Assembly: GCA_951406725.2 (NCBI GenBank)
Contig: OX597834.1
Location: 25,730,001-25,794,000 of the forward strand
Reading direction: 5' to 3'
Length of the DNA stretch: 64,000 bases
Origin: Octopus vulgaris
Lineage: Eukaryota
In this document: positions 39,190-52,284 of the stretch, piece after piece
Numbering within the stretch: the stretch's first letter is position 1
How the letters are laid out: each line of letters begins with the position of its first letter
Notes under the pieces: model-generated
Seen by the model: only the letters and a program-made list of their open reading frames with translations
Databases searched by the model: none
Told to the model about the DNA's origin: nothing
Position numbers and translations under genes: made by a program

Positions 39190-39389
39190 TGCATAGGATT
39201 TTTTGTTCTGTGAGTTATGAGTTCTGTGTTATTTCTTGTGAAGAAATGAACAGAATAATGGTTTAGGTGTTGTTGCTGCATATTACAATAAATTGCCAAG
39301 AAGGCTGAGGGTGTCTTGGCATCACTTACCAACTCCTTTGTGAGCCGCTCTCCGGCTATCTATCTGAGGCTTTATATAGCTATGGTTTG

Positions 39390-40108
39390 ACCTTACCTGG
39401 AATTTGCATCACCGGTCTGGAACCCCTATCTTACCCAGGATATTAATCGTCTGGAAAGTGTTCAGCAACATGCAACCAAGAGAATACCCTCCATCAGGCA
39501 TTTGCCATATTTTGAACGCCTTACTTCCCTGGGCATGGATACATTGAAACTCCGATGTCTGGCAGCTGACTTGGCAGACACCCATAAAATTATTAACCAT
39601 CTTACCAACAATAACTCTGAGCACCTTTTCAAACTCCACCTGTCTAACATGTTTACAAAGTCAGAAAACAGCACAGCTCCCATGACTTTTGGAAACATTT
39701 TTTCATGCTAAGAGTTGCTGAAATATGGAACAAACTGCTGGCATCAGTTGTTAGTTGTCGGAGCACTGCATCCTTCAAAACTTCCATGCTTCTTGAGATT
39801 CGCCAACACTACACCTGATTGACTTTCAGAAACATTTTTTCACGCTAAGAGTTGCTGAAATATGGAACAAACTGCCGGCATCAGTTGTTAGTTGTCAGAG
39901 CACTGCATCCTTCAAAACTTCCATGCTTCCTGAGATTTGCCAACACTACACCTGATTTTCTCCCCTCCATAGACACGCAAGCATGTATCTGACTCATACA
40001 CTGTTCACTTTCCAGACATTTGTACATTACTGCATATGCTTTATATGCACTTTTGACAAGTTGTGGTGCACCTGAGCACTGTATACAATAATTTCATTAT
40101 TGTTATTT
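39390..40108 (+). mobile_element. 5'-truncated CR1-clade LINE with internal 137-bp tandem duplication
   Basis: PYLEFASPVWNPYLTQDINRLESVQQHATKRIPSIRHLPYFERLTSLGMDTLKLRCLAADLADTHKII is a typical CR1 ORF2 C-terminus. Duplicated units at 39683-39819 and 39820-39956; (ATT)-like tail. Confidence 0.88.
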
Positions 40109-40657
40109 TAAATTCCTATGAAGGTATTACAATGTGAAACTGACACTCTGTCTGTTATGATGACAAGTGTTCCAGTAGATTCAATCAATGGAACAGCATT
40201 CTTGTGAAATTAACATGCAAGTGGCTGAGCACTCCACAGACATGCATGCACTTAATGCAGTTCTCAGGGAGATCTGGCATGACACAGAATGTGACAAGGC
40301 TGACCCTTTGAAATACAGGTACTACACATTTTTACCAACTGAGTGGACTGGAACCACATGAAATAAAGTGTCTTGCTCAAGGACACAATCAAACTGATGA
40401 CCTTATGATCAGGAGTCAAATACCCTCACCACTTGGTCATGTGCTTTCACTATTATATATTATATATTCATACTACAATATATTACAATATATTCTTGTC
40501 AGACTGTGGTTTCAATTCTTGGATTGGGCAGTGTGTTGCGTTCTTGGGCTAAACATTTCATTTTATACTACGCCATCCCACTCAGCCATAAATGAATAAA
40601 TCTGTGATGGACTGGCATCCTAGTTGCTGGTGAATGTTTCAATTTCGGTCTCTTATA

Positions 40658-40871
40658 TGAAGGGGTGCTGAAAAGTTCCTTGCTTTGGGTAAAAGAAAAT
40701 ACAGGAGGATCAGCTGGTTGTTTTATTCAACATATTTCCCTCTCAGATTCACACACTTATTGCAGAAGTCCTTCAGTTTTTCTAAACCCTGTAAGAGAAC
40801 TCAGAAGGTTGGGTCTCCAGCCAAGTTTTTCACGATACCCTTGAAGCCAGGAATTTTTCAGAACCCCCTCG
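40658..40871. mobile_element. Tc1/mariner-type MITE
   Basis: TA flanks; TIR TGAAGGGGTGCTGAAAAGTTCC / GGAATTTTTCAGAACCCCCTCG; further copies at about 44012-44205 and 51893-52108. Confidence 0.8.
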
Positions 40872-41559
40872 TACACTTTGGAAACCAGGTAAGTGGCCTA
40901 ATGAGTCCTAGGGCTCTGGACAGACAGAACAGAACAGTTTATTCATATTCCAATAGATTCTTGTGAAGGAATTAACACAATAACTCTGTAGCTGTTGGTG
41001 CCATACATATTTCTGGTTTAGATTGTTTGCAGGAAGTGAAAGGAAATATCTTGTAATATGATTTATTAGAAAAGGAAGGGACATGTTGAGAGGAAATAAA
41101 TGGAAATAGGGGTAGAGATATGTCTGAATACCTGGGTAGAAAGAGAAGGAGAGTAGCTGGTGGTGTGGAGGGGGGTTGTGGTTGTTTATTATGAATGTAA
41201 TTTTTCTTTGCTAATTGGACTATAATGGCTGGCTAACCAATCATGTCGACAGTCTGCATTAAGTGATAGCAGTTAGGTTGAGGTGTGATGGTGTTTAGTA
41301 TAGGGAAAAGAACTCCTTTTCTGATAGCGGTATAGATCAAGAGAGAGAGAGGGTATTATTTTTCAATGAATGTCTGCTGGCAGATATCCATCAAAAAGGG
41401 TGGATCTGTGTAGAAATGAAGAGAATGTTAGGGTAAATGAATTTCCTACCCTCCCCCTTTGATTTATATATTGTAACAATCACTCCACTATTATTAACTA
41501 GTCACCTATTATCGGTAAAACTGATAATCAGATTAATGCATGTATAAGCATCTTTTATT

Positions 41560-41801
41560 TGTTACCTTTTTTTTGGTTTCAATGATTTGATTGTGGCCAT
41601 GCTGGGGCATTGCCTTGAAGGGTTTTAGTCAATCAAATCGACTCCAGAACAGTTTTAGTTTAGTTTTTTTTTTTAAAGCCTAGTATTTATTCTATCAGTC
41701 TCTTTTGCTGAACTGCTAAGTTACAGGGTTGTAAACAACCAACACCAGTTGTCAAGCAGTGGTGGACACATAGACATAAAGACATACATGCATATATATA
41801 T

Positions 41802-41839
<38 letters not shown>

Positions 41840-42025
41840 GTGTATGTGTGTGTGTGTATGAGATAGGCTTGTTTAAGCTTCCATCTACCAGATCCACTCA
41901 CAAGGCTTTGGTCAACCCAAAGCTATAGTAGAAGACATTTGCCCAAAGTGCCACACGGTGGGACTGGACCCGGAACTATATGGTTGGGAAGTAAGCTTCT
42001 TACCACACAGCCACAACTGTGCCTA
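41560..42025 (-). mobile_element. SINE family A, older copy
   Basis: Reverse-complement match to family A. Confidence 0.8.
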
Positions 42026-42199
42026 TGTACATATGTAAATATCTATATGCATATATATAACTTACTTGGAAATGGATGCATGGCGTTCGATCATAAAATT
42101 AAATAAATATATACATATGTACATACATATATGTACATATGCTACATATATATGTATATATACATGCATATATGGATATAGGCCTTCAAAGAAATGTAC

Positions 42200-42236
<37 letters not shown>

Positions 42237-42838
42237 TGTTTGTTCAGCTGGTGAGTTGGCAGAATTGTTATCAGACTGAACAAAATACTTTGTGGCATTT
42301 CTTCAATCTTTATGATCATCATCATCATCATCGTTTAGCGTCCGCTTTCCATGCTGGCATGGGTTGGACGGTGAAACTGGGATCTGGGAAGCCAGAAGGC
42401 TGCACCAGGCCCAGTCTGATCTGGCAATGTTTCTACGGCTGGATGCCCTTCCTAACGCCAACCACTCCATGAGTTGAAATTCTTCTGAGTTCGAATTTGC
42501 CTTTATCGATCCTTTTGGGGTCGATAAAATAAGTACAAGTACCAGTCGATCACTGGGGTTGATGTAGTCAACTTGTGCCCACACCCACCCAAAATGCTGT
42601 CCTTGGGCCAAAATTTGAAACCGATATATGGGTGTTTTTTTTTTTTTACATTAATTTTTCCTGCTACCATGAGCTGGATGAATATATTTTTGAGGTAGTG
42701 TTTTATAGCTGGGTGCTCTTCATATCATTAACCCTTCACTGTTTTCCAAGTAAAGGGTCTCTTATTCCACATGTCTTCATGGGCAAGTAAGACAGTATGA
42801 TGCATGCCCACTACAGCTGTTGCCCACTCACTCCTTAA

Positions 42839-43059
42839 CCCTTTCGTTACCAACCTGGCTAAAACCAGCTCTGGCTCTGTAGTACAAATGTCTTGTTTTC
42901 ATAAGTTCTGAATTAAAATCTTCCACCAAACCTTAGTCACAATTTATGTTCCTAACACTAGCTTAATGATAACTAAGTTATTTTACTAAGTTCTTTGTTA
43001 TATTTAAAGTAATTGAAAGAAACACAGAGCATCTCAAAATAAATAGAGTAACAAAAGGG
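42839..43059. mobile_element. piggyBac-type MITE family 2
   Basis: TTAA on both sides, CCCTTTCGTTAC / GTAACAAAAGGG termini, 221 bp, close reverse complement of 16194-16414. Confidence 0.9.
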
Positions 43060-43634
43060 TTAAGTGACCTGAATATCATATCAGTCTCACATTAATCAGC
43101 CAATCTGTCATGCTCCATCTGAGGACGCTCTTTGGCAAGTACCTGAGGTGGCTGGTATGAATTTTGAGTGGAGTTTTATCACACATGCGTACACATATGT
43201 GTGTGTTTTACTTCTACTCAGTCAAGGAGATGCTTTAGTCTTGCAAATTATATGGCAACCTCTCTAGTTTTCATCATCATCATCATCGTTTAACGTCCGC
43301 TTTCCATGCTGGCATGGGTTGGACGGTTCAACTGGGGTCTGGAAAGCCCAAAGGCTGCACCAGGCCAGTCAGATCTGGCGGTGTTTCTGGGGCCACGAAA
43401 TAAAAGCACCCAGTTGCAGGCATAGCTATGTGGTAGGAAGTTTGCTTCTCAACCTCATGGTTCTGGATTCTTGGACAAGTGTCTTCTACTATATCCTTGG
43501 GCTGACCAAAACCTTACAAGGAGATTTGGTAGGTGGAAACTTGAAGCTCATTATATACATACATACATACATTGGATACATTGGTTGTTCGTCTGGTATG
43601 TTGATTTTGTTCATTCATTACAAATCTTGAATTA

Positions 43635-43700
43635 TGCTTGCACTGATGATTAAAAAGTGCATTACTGCACTAATTATGAAATAATGGTGATCTGCAGCAA
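43635..43700 (+). ncRNA. Type I hammerhead ribozyme motif
   Basis: Stem I TTGCA / TGCAG; CTGATGA at 43643-43649; stem II TAA-aa-AGTGCA-ttac-TGCACT-aa-TTA; GAAA at 43678-43681; short imperfect stem III; AUC cleavage triplet ending at 43692. Confidence 0.6.
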
Positions 43701-43763
43701 AATCTCTTGCATGTGGCATTTATGTATAGTAATGCCCTCTATATAATATATATATATGTTTTT

Positions 43764-44000
43764 GTGTCTGGGGAGAGTCATTCTCTTTTAGTGCCTTATC
43801 ACCAGTTTGATATTCACTCATTTAGTTACTTACTTTTTGTAAAATTTTAGAAAAGATAATCAACTAAATTAGAGGAAATTGAACTGGTAAGTGTTAAATA
43901 ATAAGGCACAAAAAGAAAATGACTCTCCCCAGACACCATAGAATATGCTTCAACACACGAATTCATACAAAGAATCTTGCAAAACAAATGCCAAAACGAA
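43764..44000. repeat. Inverted-repeat element with one-sided tail between (TA)n tracts
   Basis: GTGTCTGGGGAGAGTCATTCTCTTTTAGTGCCTTAT (43764-43799) is the near reverse complement of ATAAGGCACAAAAAGAAAATGACTCTCCCCAGACAC (43901-43936), followed by a 64-bp tail. Confidence 0.8.
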
Positions 44001-44387
44001 ATATATATACATGAGGGGCTGCTGGAAAGTTCTGGCTGTCAGTGAAAGAAAATACAGGAGGATCAGTTAATTATAATTTTATTCAACATTTTTTTTCCTC
44101 TCAGATTCACACAGGTGTTGCAGTGGTCCTCCAGTTTTTCGAAGCCCTGTAAAAGAACTTGGAAGGTTGGACCCTTGAAGCCAGGAACTTTTCAGTACCC
44201 CCTTTATATATGTATGTGTGTGTCTTGGTTTGTCCCCCACCACTGCTTGACTGGTGTTGGTGTATCTATGTACCTAATAAATATACGTCCTGGGGTTGAT
44301 TCATTCGACTAAGATTCTTCAAGGTGGAACCTCAGCATGACCACGGTCTAACAAGTAAAAGGTAAATACCCTCTGTATATAAATAAA

Positions 44388-44617
44388 GGCGGCGAGCTGG
44401 CAGAAACGTTAGCACGCCGGGCGAAATGCGTATCCGTATTTCGTCTGCCGTTACGTTCTGAGTTCAAATTCCGCCGAGGTTGACTTTGCCTTTCATCCTT
44501 TCGGGGTCGATTAAATAAGTACCAGTTACGCACTGGGGTCGATATAATCGACTTAATCCGTTTGTCCTTGTTTGTCCTCTCTGTGTTTAGCCCCTTGTGG
44601 GTAGTAAAGAAATAGGT
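44388..44617 (+). mobile_element. SINE family B, young monomer
   Basis: GGCGGCGAGCTGGCAGAAACGTTAGC head to AAAGAAATAGGT end; CpG-rich, so probably recent. Confidence 0.88.
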
Positions 44618-45694
44618 AAATAGGTTTGAAAGTCATCCAAGCATAGAGAAATCATGTTAAAGCAGACACAGGAGCTCAGTGAAGTTCTCTGTCTTGTCAG
44701 ATTCTGTTAAACTGTCCAACCCATACCAGCATGGACTACAGATGTTAAATGATGATGATGATGAGGAGGAGGTGGAGGATGTGTGTGTGTAGCTGTTGAG
44801 GTTGTCTGCTCATTTGGAGTATCACTTGTGTTTGCAGCAGTGATGATGATGATGATGGTAATAGCAGAGGTGGTGGTGATGATGGTGATGATGATGATTC
44901 GCGTGTGTGCGTGCGTGCACGCGTGTGTGTGTGTGTGTGTGCATGCGCGTGTGTGTGTGCGTGTGCATGTGTGCATGTGTGTGTGTGTGTTTGTTTGCAT
45001 TTCTGAATGGAAACGAGATGTGTTTAGTCATAGCCACAAAAATCAATGACTGATGACTAATCTACAACATCAGTATAGATGAGGTGCCGGGTGGGGTGGA
45101 GTTGGATGCTGGTGGAATTATTGGTAAAATGGCAGCCAATGAGAAAAGGAACAGGATTATAGGAAAGACAGAATTTAGTAAAAGAGGGAATGTTTATTTT
45201 TTTAAGATTTGGTTCCAGAAGGCCATGTAGTCTAATAAAGGAAGTTCAAGGGTTTAAGGAACCAGAATGGATGTTGTTGTTGGTGGTGGTGTTGTTGTTG
45301 GTGGTGGTGGCAGTAGATTTAGTTCTGAGTCAGCCCTGCCCTTCAGAGCTGTGATCAAAGATGTTTTATCCATGACCATCCCTACTTTTATTCTGAAATA
45401 TTGTCTTTAGGAATACACTACAATCTAATGTGTTCTTCCTGAAGATATGCAAATACCATTAGTTACAGAAATACCATTCCTAACTGTTGAGTTTAGATGT
45501 ACAAGAAAAAAAAAGCCATTCTTTGTTGTTGATAAAAGTCATGGTGATATGCTGTTTTCTAATTGTATAAGAATGTCCAAGGGTTGTAGTATTGAATTCA
45601 AAAAGGCGACCAAAGTTGTTACTGGAATGATGGTGAATAATCTTATGGGCTTCTGCTAAATCACTGCTATGTAGAACATACTATAACATATAGT

Positions 45695-46082
45695 GGAAGC
45701 ACTCTGTCGGTTACGACGACGAGGGTTCTGGTTGATCCAAATCAACGGAACAGCCTGCTCGTGAAATTAACGTGTAAGTGGCTGAGCACTCCACAGACAC
45801 GTGTACCCTTAACGTAGTTCTCGGGGATATTCAGCGTGACACAGAGAGTGACAAGGCCGGCCCTTTGAAATACAGGTACAACAGAAAGAGGAAGTAAGAG
45901 TGAGAGAAAGTTGTGGTGAAAGAGTACAGCAGGGATCACCACCATCCCCTGCCAGAGCCTCGTGGAGCTTTTAGGTGTTTTCGCTCAATAAACACTCACA
46001 ACGCCCGGTCTGGGAATCGAAACCGCGATCCTATGACCGCGAGTCCGCTGCCCTAACCACTGGGCCATTGCGCCTCCACTTT
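45695..46082 (-). mobile_element. SINE family C
   Basis: TSD ACATATAGT at 45686-45694 and 46083-46091; close to 38301-38690. Confidence 0.88.
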
Positions 46083-47308
46083 ACATATAGTACTCTATAT
46101 AGAAGATACGGTTACATATAAAGATGATATTGTTAAATAATACTCTAAGATACTGTTACATAAAAGAGGCCATATAAAAAGTAAGTAATGTTATGTATAT
46201 ACTCTACATAGAAGATATTGTTACATATAACAGACTATATAGAAGCTATTGTTACATAAGACTTGACCGAAGGTATCTTTTCTGGTGTCTTCCCCCATCA
46301 TCGTTGATCTTGCTAATGTTGCATCCCTGATACATCAAACCTGAGGTCAAAGATATTACAGAGGTCACTAATGGCACCCCTCCTACATTTAGATTAAGAT
46401 GGTAATTTGTGATTTGAGAGAGATTTGGAAGAGGTCCCATTGCAGGCCTCACACTTGAAGGCTGGACAGGATTAAGGAAGATCTCCAGAGGCTCAACGTC
46501 ATGTTGGAGGATACAGAGAGTTTGGCATGGGACCACCAGCAATTGGGAGCACGGCTGGGCCTGGTTGGCTCTATGCATGATGACACCTGTGGGACCACTA
46601 ATGTGGGATGACCTCGGCCCCATCAAGCAAGAGCATGAAGCAAGCAAGGAGATTTGGCTGCTAGTTCTACCAGATCAAGTCATCATATAGAGGTCCCTTC
46701 ATTGGTGTTGAGCAACTGAAGTTAAGAGAAAGTGTGAGAGGATTCTTGTGGAATTATAGAACCAGTCTATTCTCTGATATGTTGCCCATCTTGAGTAAGG
46801 TACATAACTCTACTTGTTCTATGGCATCTGACTACTAGCAAACAGAATTGATCAGAAGATAATAATTCAGTGACACCTTCTGTATGAAACAATAGTTAAG
46901 TCATCCAACCATAATATGAGCAATGGTTGTCCCTATACAAGTGCCTTTTATTCCCAATTTTCCCACTGCAATCCCTGAATTCATTAAAAAACACAATCTC
47001 TCCAACATAACCCAGACAAACATAAAAAAAAAACCATACTCAGTAATTACCTTAGCACTGGAGAAAAACAATAATAATGAGTTTCTGTATACAGTTCTCA
47101 GATACGCTACAGCTCATTGGGAAAGATTAAAAGAGGGGACAGAATGCAACCATAATTTAAGTAAAGGAAAACAGCAATGAAAATTATAAGTACATGGACA
47201 GAAAAGTGAATATTAAAAGAACCATAAAGAGGGAAGGGTGCATAGGTATGTCAAGACTAGTGTTAGTGAATTTTGGGAAGTGTGGAATCTTTGAAGGATG
47301 CCATGCCC

Positions 47309-47690
47309 TAATAATAATAATAATAATGAAATTATTGTATACAGTGCCCAGGTGTACCACAACTTGTCAAAAGTGCGTATAAAGCATGTGCAGTAATGTA
47401 CAAATGTCTGGAAAGTGAACAGTGTATGAGTCAGATACATGCTTGCGTGTGTATGGAGGGGAGAAAATCAGGTGTAGTGTTGGCGAATCTCAGGAAGCAT
47501 GGAAGTTTTGAAGGATGCAGTGCTCTGACAACTAACAACTGATGCTGGCAGTTTGTTCCATACTTCAGCAACTCTCAGCATGAAAAGATGTTTCCGAAAG
47601 TCATGGGAGCTGTGCTGTTTTCTGACTTTGTAAACATGTCCACGGGTCCTGACAGCTAACAACTGATGTGGGTACTTATTCCATGCTTTG
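47309..47690 (-). mobile_element. CR1-clade LINE 3' end, same family as 39390-40108
   Basis: Reverse complement of about 39650-40108; reads RTRGHVYKVRKQHSSHDFRKHLFMLRVAEVWNKLPASVV; (TAA)n tail. Confidence 0.88.
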
Positions 47691-49404
47691 ACAATTCTAA
47701 ATGTGAAAAACTGTTTCCAAAGTCATGGATGCTGTATTACTTTTTTATATTTTATCAGCACTTCGTTTTTTTTTTTAAATTTGTTTTTGCTTTGTTTGAT
47801 CTGCAATGAATTACAGAGCCAGATTGAGAACCAAGACTCTAAAAGGTTCCTTGTCTTGCTAAAAGTAGCTCACCTTCTTCAAACAGGAGCAACACAACGG
47901 AGAATGTAGTTCTTAGATATGTAATCTTTGTAAGGCAAGAACATCTTTGGTCACACAGACGTCTTCTCAGTTAAGATTGACCTGGTAGGGTTAAACATTA
48001 ACTTATACTTCTTTTATCGACCTCAGAATGATAAAAGGTAAAGTTGAACCTGGTAGGATTTGAACTCAGAATATAAAGATGTCTAATTAATTACTGCAAA
48101 GTACTTAATGGTTTGTTTTACCATTTATTTCATCCATTGTTCTCATCATCTATCAAACAATTATTTCTAATTTAGGCACAAGACCAGTAGTTTTGGGAAG
48201 AGAAAGGTTTGTTGGTATCATCTGTTTCAGTACTTGTCTGGTACTTTATTTTATTAAGGCTGAAAGGCTAAGCTGAATCAGCAGGATTTGAACTCAGAAC
48301 ATAAAGAACTAGAGTGAAATCTTGCAAAGTATTTTGTTTGACTATCTTTTTGGAAGCTCAATAATTCTTTACAATTTTTGCACAAAGCTAACGATTTTGA
48401 GAGATGGATTACTACGTTGCCAGTACTTGACTGGTACTTTGTTTTAGCAACCTCAAAAGCATGAAGGGCAGAGTTGGCTTCAGTAGAATTTGAACTCGGG
48501 ACATAAAGAGCCAGAAGAAACGCCAGCAAGCATTTTATCCTGATACTTCATTTTATCAACCCTAAAGAAAATGAAAAGCAAAGTTGACTTTGGCAGGATT
48601 TGAACTCAAGACATGAAGAGCTGGAAGAAATGCAACCAAGCATTTTGACCTATATGCTAACAATTCTGCCAGCTTGCTACCCTTACCAGCTTCCAAAATG
48701 CTCTATCAACAGAAATTACTAAAGGGAAGTAACCAATTGCTACACGTTAATTGGGTACCTGGTTTACGATATAATACAATACATATATACTGCACTCCTT
48801 TTATAAATAAAAGGTGGATGCACAGAGGTCATTGCCTTTGCATGACCTCTCTACATGATCCCCTGCCAGTTGACGTCTGCAAGGAAAAAATATGAGCTCA
48901 AAAGAAGTCAGAGACTTTTCTTGAAATGCTTGCAACACAGTGTTTGATAGTTCTCTGGTCTCAAAGGACCAAATTGTGATAGCAATTGGTGTGATAATCC
49001 TACCACTGAAAGGGAAAATATTATAATTAAAACAGATGATGAACTTAAAAACTTGCTTCATTATTTAAAATACAATTTCCAAAAAATTATCCTTTTTTTT
49101 TTTGACAATTTCATCTTTTTTTTCATACAAGAAATCATTATTGTAGTGAGGCCCTTACTCTATCATCATCATTTTAATGTCCACTTTTCTGTGTCTTCAT
49201 CGATCAAATATAAATTGCTGAGGCAGATTTTCTACAGCTGGATGCCCTTCCTGTTGCCAACCTTCACTTGTTTCTAAGCTGGATAATATTTTCCCATGGC
49301 AAGGCATGTTTTTGTGGATGATTGGGAAGAAAGGACATCACTTGAATGATGCTTTACAACTATTATGTAATGTCAAGAAGAAAGAGCGCAAAAACACACA
49401 TTCG

Positions 49405-49640
49405 CTTCCCAACTATAAGGTTCCAGGTTCAGTCCCACTGCATGGCATCTTGGACAAATGTCTTCTACTATAACCTTGGGGCGACCAAAGCCTTATGAGT
49501 GGATTTGGTAGACGGAAACTGAAAGCAGCTTGTTGTATATATATATATATATGTATACATATATATATATATATTGTTCAACTAAAAGCAGTGCTCCAGC
49601 ATGGCCATAGTCAAATGAGTGAAACAAGTAAAATAATAAG
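49405..49640 (+). mobile_element. SINE family A with large internal deletion
   Basis: The head and CORE-like part join through (TA)n directly to the last 60 bp or so of the tail. Confidence 0.8.
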
Positions 49641-49897
49641 AGAACACACACATGCGAGTATATATTAAATTATATTGCATACATTATATTACATATATAT
49701 TACATATTATAACATTATATTAAATAATATTATGAAACCATATTTATATTACATCTTACATTTTCTATTACATATGTTCCATATTATATATTACATCCAT
49801 CATATTCCATACAAGTATATATTAAATTAATTAATATAGAAAATATATTCTACATTTAAATCTGGCAATCTAAATTTTCCAAAATATTTCTTTTCAG

Positions 49898-50131
49898 ATT
49901 TCAGAATATATGGACCAGCTACCGAATCACAAAGTACCTCGGATTTCTGCTCAAGGAGAACGTTATCGAGACTTGCAACTGATATACCAATTACCCAGAC
50001 AAGATCTATCTGACAAATACTGCCAAAGTTTGGAATCTCCATCTGAATTTGCAGATTTTCACGAATTTCGAAGATTAAGAGACCAAATAGCAATGGGCAT
50101 AGCGCAAACCAAAGAAGCAATCGATGCATCG
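49898..50131 (+). CDS. Internal coding exon carrying most of the PET domain
   Basis: TTTTCAG acceptor, GTAGGT donor; 234 nt, phase 0 to 0. Reads ISEYMDQLPNHKVPRISAQGERYRDLQLIYQLPRQDLSDKYCQSLESPSEFADFHEFRRLRDQIAMGIAQTKEAIDAS. QLPNHKVP and QLPxQDLS resemble the LIMPETin/LIM-9 PET subfamily (from memory, not a search). Confidence 0.92.
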
Positions 50132-51209
50132 GTAGGTACTAAACCAGGCCATTGGGTTATTCCAGAAACTTCTACATCTAATGTTGATTCATTTGTTTTA
50201 TGTCTGTTTATTCATGCTAGCATGGGTTAGATGAGTGTATCAGGGTCATTGTTTTACAGCCTTACTGTCATTAACCCTGAACTGTCTTCTTAAGGGATCT
50301 CTGATTACAGATATCTTTGAAAGCATGAAGTAAGTGGACAATCTGTTGAAAAGAATGATACTGTTTGTAGCTGGCAACTTCCAAAGAGCATAAATGTGAA
50401 CAAACATAGTCACACACGTACACACAGACATATATGTGCGCGTGAGAGGGAGAGAAACAGACAGACAGACAGTTGTACCTTGTTATGTTAGTAATATACA
50501 CACACTGGTTCTATTTTGCATCTTATAATTAATCAGCTAAAGGCAATGAGATGACAAAATCATTAGCACACCAGGCAAAATGCTCAGCTGCCTCTGCCTT
50601 TCATCCATTTGGGGGTCACTGTAATTGACTACCCCTCCAAAATTTCAGGCCTCATGCTTATAATAGAAAACCTTATCATCAATCAACTTGTTCACCATTT
50701 AACAAATAATTAACTAATTGGCTGTTTGATTAGTTAATTGATTATTCATTAATTGGTTAAATGTTAACTAGTTAACTAAGAAAGAAGTGAAATAGACTCA
50801 GTGTGTGTGTACTTATTGGCATTATGACCCTCCCTAGATACAACAAATACTGTTTCAACCTAGAAGTTCACATCTTGAATCTTGTGATCAAAATACAAAT
50901 TTGATATATATATAATGGACTCTCCCATCAAAGATGGTGTATGAGTATTCAGATTTTGTGCTGACCTACACAAAGGATTTGTTTATAGCGATCAAATGTA
51001 TGTGTTGCACATTGACTCACTCCCTCCAGCAAATAGAAATTGCCCAAACAGGTGCATGGTGTACCAGACAATAGTGTCAAAGTGATTGCTGAACAAAATG
51101 AAATGAAGTGTTCTGCTCAAGAACACAGTACACCATCCAGTCTAGGAATTGAAACCACAATCTCACATACTTGAGATCAACATCTAACTGCTAGGCCATG
51201 TGTCCTCAC

Positions 51210-51240
<31 letters not shown>

Positions 51241-51244
51241 ATTT

Positions 51245-51284
<40 letters not shown>

Positions 51285-52284
51285 ACACACACACACACAC
51301 ACACGAATATGCCTAGCTTCTTTCAGTTTCTATCTACCAAATTCTCTCAAAAAGCTATAGTAGCAAGATAATTCTTCAAGCGCGACTGAATCTGAAATGA
51401 CGTGATTGGGTAGCGAACTTCTTATCCATACAGCCATGACCTCTCAAACTGGTTTTTTTAACTCTTAAATCCTACATTCACGTTGGTTGTGGGATTATGT
51501 TAATTGCTTTGTCGCAAACACAATCTCTCCGTTATGATGTGCTTCTGAGCAAGGGAAATAACTCATGTTACGATGACTTTTTCCTTACGTAAAATTCTTA
51601 ATTCATAACCGCTTGGAACAATTTAGCTGACAAATAATATTAAAGAAAAAAACAAAACAAAGAGAAATAAAAAGGAAACAAAGTTCCATTCCTACTGTAG
51701 AATAATTTCTTCAGTAAAGTATTATCATCATTCTTGTGCAACAAAGAAGACAGGGATGATCTAACGAAGTATGTATGTGTGAGTGGGGATTGTGTGTTTG
51801 ATACATATATATGTGAAAATTTGAGAAGTGCAATGCCCAAAACTTGGATTTTGAGTCACGTATCTAGCTCTATGTAATCCCACACACACATAGGTGTGGG
51901 GCTGAAAAGTTCTTGGATTTGGGTGAAAGAAAATGCAGGAGGATCTGTTAATTATGATTTTATTCAACATATTTCCCTCTCAGATTCATGCACTTATTGC
52001 AATAGTCCTTCAGTTTTTCTAAGCCCTGTAAAAGGACTCAGAATGTTGGGCCTCCAACCAGGCCTTTCACAATACTCTTAAAGCGATACCCTTTTCAGCA
52101 CTCCCTTGTGCGTATATTACATTTCTGTGTATGGGGATTTTCATTTGGTGGCGTGCACTTTGTTGCTTGTTCTTGGGTTTCATCTCTGGGAGTAAACTGC
52201 AGACCCAAAATGTTTTAATATACTCTGACTCAAATCAGTCTGGTTCTTAACCAGTTGTTAGTCTTGTTTCCAATGACGACTTAA

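Noticed and set aside
1-42025. SINE A orientation switch (mostly + before 13 kb, mostly minus after)
   Set aside because: Small numbers and a boundary chosen after the fact; cannot be separated from chance.
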